A stretch of 64,000 bases of DNA, from assembly GCA_965603825.1 (NCBI GenBank), contig CBFDEM010000014.1, positions 558,001 to 622,000 of the forward strand, in the 5' to 3' direction. Positions 24,857 to 37,836 of the stretch are shown here, one piece after another. This DNA is from Blepharisma stoltei ATCC 30299 (lineage: Eukaryota; Protista; Ciliophora). A program made the translations under genes and the position numbers. A model generated the notes under the pieces. That model was given only the letters and a program-made list of their open reading frames with translations, was not told the origin of the DNA and did not search any database. Within the stretch, counting starts at the first letter, position 1. Each line of letters begins with the position of its first letter.

Positions 24857-27800
24857 ATGGCAATTGCAACAGAAGTATTCAACCACAACAAAAATTATAT
24901 GCCAAAAGAAGATGAAAATTTCAATATATCTTGAGGGATTGGTCATATAAGTTCCCGAAACTTTAAAACTAGCTCATTTAGGAGTGGTTTGCTTTCTTTT
25001 CTTTTAAATCTACATAATCTCAAACATGAAGTACAAAAAATTTCTTTTTTGATACCAATGATTAAGCTAGCTTTCTTTAAAGTAATTTTTGCTTTACAAC
25101 TATCAAGTATAGGGTGAAATCAATGGTCTTTTAACCGTTGAAACTCAATTGATTCTTTTTGAAATATCTTAGGCTATGCTAGAATCGATAATATTTTTTC
25201 TGAACTAGGACTCCTCGAATACTTTTTGTGCTTTACAGTATTTATAGTTTGAATCTATTTTATTTTATTAATCGCAATATATTTATTAACAATTAGAAAC
25301 AAAAGGATTTCTTTGATACTATTAAAACTAGAAAATTGATGAAGATTATTAATATTTGGAATCGGTCTAATACCAATGCTATATTCATTAATGATAGCTA
25401 TAAAATATTTGATATTTTATCAAAACATAAGTATGGCTGAATACCAAAATAAAGTTTTAAATAGCTCTTTACTAGATATGGTCCCTGTTTTCATTATCAC
25501 TACAATCTTGCTTTTAATTTTCTATTATATGCATGAAATATTTATCTACGAATTTCGTCATAGCCATTCTTCTTATACTATATATGCAAAATCACACTCA
25601 AATCCAGATAAAATTAAATTTTTTGGAATTACTATCATATTGATTTATAGTATGCTATGCGATTCATCACATCTTACATATAAGAAGATTATTATTTCTA
25701 CTTTTGCGTTTATAATTTGTCTTTTGAATCTTTATTATATTCCTTATTTCACTCCTGAATCAAACTTTTTTGAAGCTTGCAGCATGCTAATTGCAGTCAT
25801 AAATTCAATAGCATTTTTTATTGGTGAAATTCAAGGGAATTCTTCCACAGGATTTGTGCTTTTTTTATTCCTAAACCCAATTTTATCATGATTTTTGCAT
25901 ATGATTTTTAAATATAGATATAGCAAATTAGTGAAACTAAATTCAATCAAAAAATATATAGATGTCTATGAATTTGAAAGAGCTATGAGACAAAGTCTTT
26001 TGTATAAGGAAAATCAACCACAGGAAATCCTTGAAATATTTGATTCAGCCTATTTCAATAATAAATTAAATATATCAAGACTTGTAACAATATGAGAAGC
26101 TGACTTTTGTCTAAATTCTTTAAAAAATCCAAGATTAGCATCAATTAAAATAGGATCAGGGTATCCTTGAAAAAAGCCAAATTTTGAAGAAGAGTTTTTA
26201 GAATTTTGCTTAAGGAAGCAACTGCATCAAGAGTTATGCCAAAACTGTGAAGATACACAATTTCTTATGTGCCTCGAAAAGCTAGAAAATTGGAAGAAAA
26301 CAGACAAAAAATTTTGTTTGGATTTAATTGATGTGATTAATCTTATTTATATTGATCATTTGCCTGTACAAAAAATTTTTCCATCAATAGTCAAAATGAA
26401 TAAAAAATTTAACTATTTGAAAAAAGATTATAAAGAAATAATTTCTAGCTTTCCAAGAAGTTCAGAAGCTCATATAATATTTAAACTGGATATTTTATTT
26501 TTGTGTATAATTATTATCACATCTTGCTAAAAATAATTTATATGCTAAGCGCCAACTACCAAATATTCTCTTTAATAGTATAGATTATTTTTTAAAAATA
26601 TCGATGACATAAATAATCTAATGGAATCAGAAGAATTGACGCTACAAAAAAATAGATATGAAAACAATATAAATGCTATCGCAAAAAATGTAGAAAAATT
26701 GAACTATTTTGAAGAAAGTAGTGGGATAATGATTGTTAGTGGGTGCAAAAATAATGTTGGGACTGTACTATTTGCTAATAATCATGCTGCTAAAATTTTA
26801 AGAGATACAACTTTTAATATTATTGGCTCTGACATAACAGACTATATTCCTTCTCCGTATAATATTAACCATAAAAAACTGTTAAAAGATTTTTTACATT
26901 CTTCAACAACAGGGGAAATAGACCATTCAAATGATGCAATTTTTGTAATGAAGTCTGGGTTTCTAGTAGAAGTCGCTTTTTCAATAAAATGCACTTCCTT
27001 TGACAAATATCCATTTTTTCTTGTTTTATTTAGAGAGAGTTATGATAATCGTCCAATATGTCTCCTTAATGAAAATGGAAGAATTATTGGGTTTTCTCAG
27101 TATTTCCCACTTATGCTTTGTTTATCAGAAGATCTCTTGATAAATAAATCAATTTTTGACTTTAAAATACAAATAGGGAGAAGCAGTGTTTTCAAAAAAG
27201 TAAGCACAAAGAATTTGCCATGCCCTGAAATAAAATTTTTTTCTGATAATGATTTTGTAAAATTATCCACCTCTGGTGGCTATATTTTATGCCAATTTAT
27301 TTTAAAACCATTATTTAGTAAATCTTTATATATTTTGGCAATTACTCACGATGATATAAGCAAAAATGCAGTATTAACAAATTTACGGTCACATTTAGAA
27401 GACTTGAATCCAATAGATGATAATTTGCAAGAGGAAGTAGCTCACTCTCCCATTCCAGACATCGAGCTTACTACAACAAATGTGGGCAATGTGAGCAATA
27501 ACGAAATTAAGCAAAAAATAGTAAAAAAAGAAGTTCCTATCAAAAAATTAAAATTGCTTACAAAATCAAACCAAGTCCATTACCCAGGAGAAGATAATGA
27601 GCAAGACATTAAAAATACTTCTATTGACATGACAAACTCCCAAGATCTATCTAAATTTATTAAAGACCATTTATGATGGGAAATTTATCTATCAAAAATA
27701 CGCCGGCAGTTCAGAATTTTTAAATGAATTTTATTTTTTTCCATAATCACTATCATCACAACTAACGGGATTATCCTTGGCTTCACTTTATCAGAAACGA

Positions 27801-29254
27801 ACAAAGCTAACAATATAAATTCTTTAAAAGAAACAGGGCTGATTTTAGACACAATGATAGGCATCTCCAACAATGCAATGAAAATGGATATTTATGCCTT
27901 CTCAAAAGCATCAAGCAACTCCATTAGTAAAGGAGCAGCTAAAATGAGCATTTTTATAGATTCTTTACAAAATATGACCCAAGAAATGCTAGGGGAGCTT
28001 TCAACTTGGAATTATTGCCCTAGCTTTTCATTTTATGTGAAAAATGAAATACCTATGTGAGAGACGATAGGGGCATATAAAATGACTAAAAAAAATTTAA
28101 TTGATATAATGCAGGGATACGAGAATATTGCTGGAAATTTTGTAAAGGCATTTTTAAATAACGAGTCTTATGTTGATGATTTAAATTTTTTGATGCTAAA
28201 CAGCATTGGGGTATTAGCAAAACAGTATGATCATTTGATGGATATTTTGGCATCGTGCGAGAAATATCGAGCAGGAGAGCTAACTGATTTAATATTATTG
28301 CTGATTATAATAGCAAATATAATGCTTTGTATTTGCTTTTGTATAATTTTTTATATTTTATGTACAGTTTGCAGAACATTACAGAAATTTTATGACGTAA
28401 TTTCACAAAAAATTAGGGAATCATATGGAGGGCTTCAAAATAAATTAATAACGCGGCTGACTGAAATTCATGGCTATGATTATATAACAAGTAGCAATTT
28501 AGCTCGATCAATGCCTATAAAAAGATGATTTACAAATGATTATGCAAGAATATTTTTGAAAATTTTCGTTTATTTTCTACTAACTTTTGCCTTTTATTTC
28601 ATTTTTTATTTTTATGCTTATAAGCGTGGAGAAGATTATTTGATGAATCGTCCTAGCTTTATAGCTTTAATGATGAAAAGACAATTGTATGGAAGGATTA
28701 TTGCATTTTGAACTAGAGTTTATGCATTTGAAGATACACCCATAAGTCTTTCATCAAGGCTAAGCAAAAATTATATTTTTTCGGCACCATATGATGAATA
28801 TTTTTCATTGCTAAATTCTTATAAAGACTTAAAACTCCCACTAAGGAGTAAAGAAATGCAAAAGTTTATGTCAAAGGAATTACAAATAATGGCATTTGAG
28901 AAGCTTGAGGACAGCCCAGACTATGCAAATTATGGAGCTTCATCATGTCTAGATGAACAACTTTTTGAAAGCATTTCTTTATTTGATGCAAGCCGCAATC
29001 TAACCAAATTTTCAGCTATATTAGCAAATATTGACGCAATAAGAGACACTTTAAACAAAGTAAATTATAATATCATCGATATCGCAACTAGCCACTCAAC
29101 AAATCTCATAAAAGAAAACTTTCAGTTATTAACATTTCTCACAGCAATTTATGCTGTATTCTCAATCCTTATATATTTTTGCTTTTACATTCCAAGTATT
29201 TCAAAAGAATTCAGCCGGCTGGCAACTTTACAAAGATTTTGCAAATTGATATAA
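24857..29254 (+). CDS. Large multi-transmembrane PAS-domain protein, paralog 2 (about 1429 aa after removing the 108-bp insertion)
   Basis: Colinear with paralog 1 from LGYARID to LxRFCKLI; single frame; the only TAA interruption lies inside 26473-26580. Confidence 0.87.
26473..26582. mobile_element. TA-bounded internal eliminated sequence (IES)-like insertion, 108 bp plus second TA
   Basis: Absent from paralog 1. TA at 26473-74 and 26581-82; imperfect terminal inverted repeat TATAATATTTAAA / TATACTATTAAA; excision leaving one TA restores EAH-RLFFKNIDD (paralog 1: EAHSLFYKNIND). Confidence 0.8.
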
Positions 29255-29290
29255 TAATTCTAAAAATAATAATTATTTGCTAATTTTTCA

Positions 29291-29992
29291 ATGCCATACT
29301 CAATCTCAATTCCTGAATTTGATAAACAAAGCGACTATGTAGACTATATTTTCTTAGTCGTTGACCCCCAAACAGGAGAGTCTTGGAATTTCAAGCGAAG
29401 ATACTCAGTGCTCCGAAAAATCTCAGAATCACTGAAAAAATTCTCAAAAGATGCTCAATTTCCAGGCAAAAAGGTTTTTGGAAATAAAAACTCTAATTTT
29501 CTTGAGCAGAGAAGGAATGACCTTCAACGCTACTTCCAAGAATTAGTCAAAAACCCAAGCATTTATTCTTCACCAATTTTTCAAGAGTTCATGAAGCCAA
29601 GTGACAGGAAAGTTCTTAATGACTCAAAAAACAGCCAATCACAAAGAAATAAGCCCAAAAAATCTGCACAAGAAATCGAGCAGCAAATTGGTTTATTATG
29701 CTCAAAAATTGCTGAAGAAACATCAAATAAGTTTTTAGATTTGGGAGCACAGCCTAACCCTGTAGAAGATGAGGACGCAGAAAAAAGAGTCAGCGAATAT
29801 TTCAAATCTGCCAATAATTTCAGGTTTAGCTATACTTTAGAGATGCCTGAGGGTCAAAATATTAATCAAACACAAATAGCAAGGCCTGTTGGGGACTTCA
29901 GGCAAATGATTGATAGGCTGTTTGTAGAAATAATCCAAGTGGCTGAAGAGAAACAGCAGTTAGAGTCTTTAGTATTAAGATTAGATCGCTAA
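29291..29992 (+). CDS. PX (Phox homology) domain protein
   Basis: KRRYSVLRKI, FPGKKVFGNKNSNFLEQRRNDLQRYFQEL. Confidence 0.9.
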   Translation: MPYSISIPEFDKQSDYVDYIFLVVDPQTGESWNFKRRYSVLRKISESLKKFSKDAQFPGKKVFGNKNSNFLEQRRNDLQRYFQELVKNPSIYSSPIFQEFMKPSDRKVLNDSKNSQSQRNKPKKSAQEIEQQIGLLCSKIAEETSNKFLDLGAQPNPVEDEDAEKRVSEYFKSANNFRFSYTLEMPEGQNINQTQIARPVGDFRQMIDRLFVEIIQVAEEKQQLESLVLRLDR

Positions 29993-30026
29993 TTATATAG
30001 AAAATTGCCAAGAAATATTTTCTTAG

Positions 30027-30344
30027 TTAATTTCTTCCAATGGAATGCAATCCATGCTTTTTAAGTTCTTCATCAGATAAAATTCTATCATAAAGTGGCA
30101 TTGGGTGTCCTTCTTTTTCGATCATTTCTCTGACTAATTCTGCTTCATGAGTCATGACTTGGATTTCGTTCCATGGCTTCATTCTTACCTGATCATAAGA
30201 TTTTAGTCTTTCGTTCTTTCTTTCCTCTAGTTTATATGTCCAAAATAGAAAAGGATATTTCCAAAAAAGCCAAAAAGGTGCATTTAATACGAGTATATTG
30301 ATGGCAAATCTGATTGACCAGTGGAATTGTAAATTAAAAACCAT
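30027..30344 (-). CDS. Small single-pass membrane protein (hypothetical)
   Basis: 105-aa ORF with aromatic/hydrophobic N-terminal segment and charged tail. Confidence 0.65.
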   Translation of the reverse strand: MVFNLQFHWSIRFAINILVLNAPFWLFWKYPFLFWTYKLEERKNERLKSYDQVRMKPWNEIQVMTHEAELVREMIEKEGHPMPLYDRILSDEELKKHGLHSIGRN

Positions 30345-30549
30345 TTATGATAATCTTTACATTTTGATCATTCTAAAATATTTATTACTTATATCTTTAT
30401 AATAAATATCCCGAGATTTAAAACTTTACTAGCTGTTTATATACCCAGAGGCATTCTCTAAGCCATTTTTTATTTGTAAACGAACTTATTTTTCCAAGTC
30501 TCCTATTTCTATCTAAAAGCTCATCTACCGGGAAAATTTTCTAAAATAA

Positions 30550-31953
<1,404 letters not shown>

Positions 31954-31972
31954 ACTAAAATTATTTCCATTA

Positions 31973-33007
31973 TTAAACTTGGCTAAATAATTTATCTATT
32001 GTAAGTTGAAGAGCACCTGACGATAGGTCTTCATTAAATTCGGAGTATCGAGAAAGAAAATCGTGAAACCTTGATAAGCCGTACTTCAGCATGTCCATTG
32101 TAGGGCTGTTTTCGTAGTATAGAGAAAACGCCCAGACAGCCCAGAAATAGTGAGTACATATCATACACTTTTTAACTTCAATAAACATTTCAGGGCCTTC
32201 TCCATATGCTTTTACGTACTGAGCAATAATTTCATCAGAAGCTTCCATATCTCTGTTATATAAGTAATAAGGCCACTCAGAGTAGTTATAATCATATACA
32301 ACATCTTCTAAAAGCAATGCAATATCGTACCCTCTATATGAATATCCTGAGTAATCATAATCAATAATCACGATTGCATCAGCATCCTCTACATATAAAA
32401 AATTTAAAGTGCTTGTGTCCATATGTGCAAATACTTCAGGCGATCCGATCGGCTGTATATTTCTATACATATCTAAATATTTTTCATCCAAAGACTCTAT
32501 AGCTTCTTTAATATCCTCTTCTCTTTCACTATTCCTATATTTCTGTAAATTAATTATTGATAAATCCCTCCACTTGCGAGCCAAGCTCATATGCACTAAA
32601 TCTTCATTATTCACAATATCACACAAATCCTGGGCATGAAATTCCCTCAATTTCTGAGAAATCAGCTGAATTATGTGGGGCTGATAGAACTCTTCCCTTT
32701 GTAAATTTCTGCTGCCATCTATAAATTCTTCAAGCCTTGCGTGCTCAAGTTCTAAATAAATTTTTGGTGCGATTCCAGTCTCTGAGAGTCTTTTAAAGAT
32801 TGTTGAAGTTTGTTGTAGATTTAAAGTCTCACCATTACCGAATATTCTGTAAATTATACGACGAGGATGAACATCTAAAGAAGTTTCTACTACGCAGACC
32901 GTGTTAGAGTTTCCTACAAGTCGTTTTAAGCTGCATGACTCCTTTTGAACATTGGACCACGAGGGAACTGTCTGCTGACAAAGAGAAATAATGTAGTCAA
33001 TGTCCAT
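31973..33007 (-). CDS. Choline/ethanolamine kinase
   Basis: RLVGNSN, RLEEFIDG, Brenner motif HMDTSTLNFL, IIDYDYSGYSYRGYDIA, HYFWAVWA. Confidence 0.9.
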   Translation of the reverse strand: MDIDYIISLCQQTVPSWSNVQKESCSLKRLVGNSNTVCVVETSLDVHPRRIIYRIFGNGETLNLQQTSTIFKRLSETGIAPKIYLELEHARLEEFIDGSRNLQREEFYQPHIIQLISQKLREFHAQDLCDIVNNEDLVHMSLARKWRDLSIINLQKYRNSEREEDIKEAIESLDEKYLDMYRNIQPIGSPEVFAHMDTSTLNFLYVEDADAIVIIDYDYSGYSYRGYDIALLLEDVVYDYNYSEWPYYLYNRDMEASDEIIAQYVKAYGEGPEMFIEVKKCMICTHYFWAVWAFSLYYENSPTMDMLKYGLSRFHDFLSRYSEFNEDLSSGALQLTIDKLFSQV

Positions 33008-33025
33008 TTTTTATTAGCAGGAAAA

Positions 33026-33568
33026 TTAATTAAGGGAGCGATTTTTTCTGAGACGCCATGGATGAGGGTAAGCGTTTCTTCGATAGTAGCCTGGGACTAC
33101 TGCTGTTTGTATTTCATCAGTCAGGAAATCCATTTGTTTAGTAAGGTGATCAGCAACGTCTTTAAGCTGATCTGAAAGCTCTACAAGTGACTTTGAAGCT
33201 CCTTCAACAAGTTCCAAATAGGAGATGACAGTTTCTTCTGATGTTTTATGTGTATATTCCACATTGTTTCTATTATTTTTTGCTTTTTTAATTATATCAA
33301 ATGCTTCTTTAATCTTTTTCTCGAAATTATCAATTTCTCCATAATCACTTTCTGTTGCGATATGAGCAGAAGCAGCTTCTGCTTTTTTGCTGTCACTATC
33401 CATAGGAGTAATTTCTTTGCTGGTTTCTAAGCTGTCCTTAAAATGGATCCCTTCTGGAGGTGATAAATTCGTTATAGGAGAACTGGTTCATTGTGGAGAT
33501 CTACGTGTGCTTGCTCTTGTGGAAACTGACCGAGGATTTGGCGTTGAGTATATAAATTTAACGTCCAT
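33026..33568 (-). CDS. Hypothetical protein, 180 aa
   Basis: ATG 33568 is in frame with the track ORF through one TGA; Ser/Pro-rich N-terminus, helical C-terminus. Confidence 0.65.
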
Positions 33569-33789
33569 TTGCAAACTTTGTTTATAAAATATAAATGATT
33601 TAGAAGTTTAAATAGCATTAATATAATAAACAATTTAATATTAGCAAAATTATTTATGTTATACTTACGATTTTAAAATAATTATAGGAAAGACATAAAT
33701 TACAGATTAGACCATAAGTCGCTCTAATGATGAATCTAGACTAAAACAAAATTATATTTCGAGTGGTAACCTAATCAAGGATTAATTTT

Positions 33790-34440
33790 TTCTATCACTG
33801 CTCTGAGCTCATTTCTACTAATTGGAGTATTTACTAATTTTTGCTCCACTTCAGCGATTTCTTTTTCTATAATCTATGTCTTTTCTTATTTGTTCAGACC
33901 TAAACTTAGAAAAGAAATTACAAAACTCAAAAAATTGCAGCTTTTATACAAACCATAAGTGGCTTCAGAAAAATTTTTTCCCTAGCATTTCCTTTAAATT
34001 CAGAAATTATTATCTTTATCTGCTCAAGGGGTTCCTGTGAAATATGTGCCATAGTTTAATCAATTAAGGTTTTAAAAAACCTGGTTAGCTTGAGATTGTT
34101 TTAAATGTGCTTTATGATTTTTTTTCTGACCAAAAAGAATTGAGACTCCTTCAGCAATCATGTCTGCCGCTTTTGGGGGGTGATCATAAGCACGGAGTTC
34201 TACTATTCTACTTTCAGTTAAGCTTAGTAAATGAGGCCGAACATTCATAAAGGCATTTTTGGAAGTCGGGAGATAGAAGGCGTTCTGTCTGTTTTCTTCT
34301 GTATACAATTTTTCCAAATCTGATTGAGTAGATTTTAATTTTGAGAGATTTCATTCATTTATTGCCTAGCTCAGTAATTGCTGATATGATTTCTCCTTTT
34401 TTTCAATAACTTGAAAAATTATTGAATAAGATTCCATTCT
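33790..34440 (-). pseudogene. Degenerate gene with dynein stalk/microtubule-binding-domain-like segment
   Basis: LLSLTESRIVELRAYDHPPKAADMIAEGVSILFGQK resembles the dynein MTBD; the continuation is broken by frameshifts and TAA/TAG stops. Confidence 0.5.
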
Positions 34441-34519
34441 GATGGCATAGGAAATATAAAAGTTATAATTATAAGTGTACATTTTTCTGGAGATTTTAAT
34501 AATCAGTTATAATAATAAA

Positions 34520-34807
34520 ATGCACAAGCTTGGTGTTATTGGAAAACTGATCGGCTTCTGGATCATCGTAATGTTCTTACCACTCTATTTGCTTCTTTTA
34601 ACAGCATATGAGGCAACCAAATTTGACGAAAAAGATATCATAAGTAAAGGGATCCCGCTATACTGGAGAGTTCTTATGCTATTTTTCCTGTTCGCAATTA
34701 TGGCCTGCGTTGCCCCGTTTGTCTACATTTTGGCTCTCCCTGTACTTCTAACCTATGGTATCATAATTTATGCCAGATCCATATGGGCATTCTTAAGTAA
34801 GATTTAA
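34520..34807 (+). CDS. Small 2-3 TM membrane protein, 95 aa
   Basis: ATG 34520; hydrophobic segments; ends TAA. Confidence 0.65.
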   Translation: MHKLGVIGKLIGFWIIVMFLPLYLLLLTAYEATKFDEKDIISKGIPLYWRVLMLFFLFAIMACVAPFVYILALPVLLTYGIIIYARSIWAFLSKI

Positions 34808-35167
34808 ACAATTTAATTCTAATTATTTATCTATTTTCTTTATTAAATTTTATTAGCTTGATTTTCTTTATAAAAATTCTCTGAAAACTTCTTCTATACA
34901 AATTTCTGTTTTTTCTGTGATTTTTCCTTATCTTCCCAAAATAGCTATAAATCCCCAGTGCCAATTTTAGCTATAGGCTGCTTCTTTATCAAGCTTTCTC
35001 CTGGCTTATTTGATTCGACTCATTCTTTTATTAGCTCTTAGCTGAAAAATAATTATTTTTGTCAAACTCCCATAAATAAATCCTGCGCCAGTATTTGCAT
35101 TACTAATAATCTTAATTTTTGTTACTAATATTAGTTTTTCGAATATCTAAAAGATAAAATAAGTTTC

Positions 35168-36661
35168 ATGCAGAGAAGTTTCACAAGAAAACCTACGATA
35201 ATTAGAAGACGGACCAGAATTGTAACAAGGTCAACTATTGATAAAAATAAAGATCAAGATGATGCAGTGTCATCCTTTGCTGAAATCCTTTCACTGTTGA
35301 AAACAGACCCAACTATCCGAACACAAAATTCTTTGAGGAAGCTTGAGACTCTGACAGAAAACGTCCCGTTTTTTGTGAAAATCAGAAAAGAGTATGATGA
35401 CATGGCACATCTGAATTGCTGCCAATATATGAGGTACCAATTTTTAAACAAAGGGGACTATGTATTTCACTTTGGTGATGATGGTGATTTGTTTTATATT
35501 ATAATATACGGATCTGTAAAAGTTTTAGTTCCAACTCCTACTCCACATAATGAATATTTGCTTACTGAAGTATCCACTCTAGAGGCTGGCTCTGCATTTG
35601 GAGAGTTAGCATTAATTAAAAATCAGCCTAGAGCAGCTAGTATCCTATGTGCTGAAGACACACATTTCGCAACCTTAAATAAAAAAGACTATTTAAAGAT
35701 CTTAGGTGAGCACGCTACGAGAAAGCTGGAAGACCTTGTTAAATTCCTAAGCGGCCTTCCAGCTTTTGAAAAATGAAACCTCAGTCAGCTGGTAAAGCTC
35801 AGCTACTATTTTACACAATCTACTTATAAGCGAAAACAGATCATCTATAAAGAAGGAGCTGAAGCTGATAACGTTTATATAGTCCGCCGAGGTGAAGTTC
35901 AGCTTTGCAAAGAACTAGAGCTCAAAGCTTCAAGCCCAACTCGGCTTGATGCTCATGGGCGGCCAATGCCTATAATAAAGCCCTACAGAAAACGATGCGA
36001 AGCAAACATCGCGATAAAAGCACAAGGCGAAATTTTTGGGGACGAAGAAATAATTAAAGATATTCCTCGGATCACAACCTGCAAGTGCTTTTCTGATACA
36101 GTCACATTGCTAGTAATTTCTAAGCTTGAATTTAAGCGAAGAATCCGGAAAGAAGAGTCCCTCACACATTTTACAGAAAAATATAAACTTCAAGAGCAGA
36201 CTAGAGAAAGATTGACTTCAGCAATAAGCGGAATAAAAATTCGAGATATGAGCTATACATTAGCTCAAAAATCAAGAGAATCTCTTGATGAACTTAATTT
36301 CTTTAGCATAGACCTTGAAGATGACAAGCGATCTACTATAACTTCTCTTAAAAAACTAAGCCCTACGCCAGAAGCACTTATTACATCAAGAACTCCTACA
36401 GCTTTAAATTCTACAAAGCATGAATTTTTCACTGAAAATTCGCTGGCCTGGAATAATAATTTGACGCCAAGATCAGTAAGGTCGACTATACCTTCTCCTT
36501 TAAGCTGGCCTAAAGAAAAATTCGATTTGTCGAAGAATAGAGTTAGAAGATTGAACTTAAAAATAAAATCGCAAAGAGAACTGAGATGTGACAATGTAAA
36601 AAACATGTTGAGGGAATGCAGTATTTTAGGAGGAAAAGGAAGATTGAGGCGAAAGCGTTAA
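35168..36661 (+). CDS. Cyclic-nucleotide-binding domain protein (two CNB domains), 497 aa
   Basis: GDLFYIIIYGSV, FGELALIKNQPRAAS, second CNB with GEIFGDEE; TGA 35774 joins the two ORFs in frame. Confidence 0.9.
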
Positions 36662-36711
36662 ATTCTGGTTAATTGAGTATTTTTTGTATGATAAATTTAA
36701 CCAATTTATTT

Positions 36712-37029
36712 TTATATATGTCGAGGCCGAACGTCGTAATAAAAGATCCCAAAAGCGCTGCCGTCAGAGCTGGAGCCGTCACTAGAGGATTCTAAATCAC
36801 TGTGAGATTCCTGCCGTATTCTTCTGAACTGTAAAGCTTCATCTATGTCTAACTGAACTTCATTTGTTTGGTTATTAAGATTGATTAACATTTTTTCATA
36901 CTCTGCTTTTACAGTTTCGCTAGGGCTTTTGTCGAGTTTGTACTTTAAAATTCGCTGCTGGCGCGTTAGAACACTTTCTTCCCATTTTAGACGAGCTATA
37001 TCTTCCCTTATAAAATTCGGAATATCCAT
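36712..37029 (-). CDS. Small coiled-coil hypothetical protein
   Basis: 105-aa ATG-TAA ORF. Confidence 0.6.
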   Translation of the reverse strand: MDIPNFIREDIARLKWEESVLTRQQRILKYKLDKSPSETVKAEYEKMLINLNNQTNEVQLDIDEALQFRRIRQESHSDLESSSDGSSSDGSAFGIFYYDVRPRHI

Positions 37030-37608
37030 ATTAAATTTACAGTAATCTTTTAGCTTAGAAATTGCTTACTGTTAGGATAATTGACTTTTTTAAAAGTCTT
37101 TTACTAATTCTTTAATTTTTAAAGTAAATTTTATTGATTAGATTGTTTTTATTTTATTTTAAGCAAGCAATTTATAAAATAATCTGCATGTATGAATCTA
37201 ACAGACACTAATTTTCAATTGTGAAAGTTAATAAACCTATTTATCATTTTGTTAATTTTAGGTCATTTTAATTTTATCTGAGCTCAGGTGAAATTTTTCC
37301 CAAGTTTTAATTTTTCAAAATCTAATTGCATAAGCTTATTTATTGAACTCCACGAATTTTTAGACGAAATATTTAAACATCATCTTTTGTTTTAAGGGAA
37401 TAATTCCACAGCGCCCTTTTCTAAGTCACCACAGAATTTTCCTAAATGTCTATAGACAATATCAAGATTAACTCATAATTTACAATAAAACAAGACTTAC
37501 AGAGATTAAAGCAGTCAATGCCAAGGACCAGATATAGTCTATCATACCCCTATGACAAGGATTGCGAACATGGGAAACAAGACAAGGTTTGTGTGTACGT
37601 TTAAAATA

Positions 37609-37836
37609 TTACAAATTTTTTGCTTCTTCTACGATTTCTAATAGCCCAGGTGACATAGTATCACATGTATCTGGAGTCAGTTGGCCCGCACTTTCCTTAA
37701 AGAACGAACGGTTTGGAACGTTTTTTCCAAACTTCCTTAAGGAATACAATTTGTTATCTTCGAGCGGTTTAAGTATTATAAAGTTATATATTGGCGTCTC
37801 ACGAGGAATTTCATCTATGCTTAGAATGCATCCCAT
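37609..37836 (-). CDS. MGC-starting microprotein, 75 aa
   Basis: ATG 37836, MGCILS...KLYSLRKFG; GC-richer than its flanks. Confidence 0.65.
   Translation of the reverse strand: MGCILSIDEIPRETPIYNFIILKPLEDNKLYSLRKFGKNVPNRSFFKESAGQLTPDTCDTMSPGLLEIVEEAKNL

Noticed and set aside
26473-26583. 108-bp insert interpreted as a spliceosomal intron
   Set aside because: It ends near TAG but has no 5' GT at a frame-restoring position and is far longer than the 15-16 nt introns here; TA repeats and inverted ends fit an IES better.
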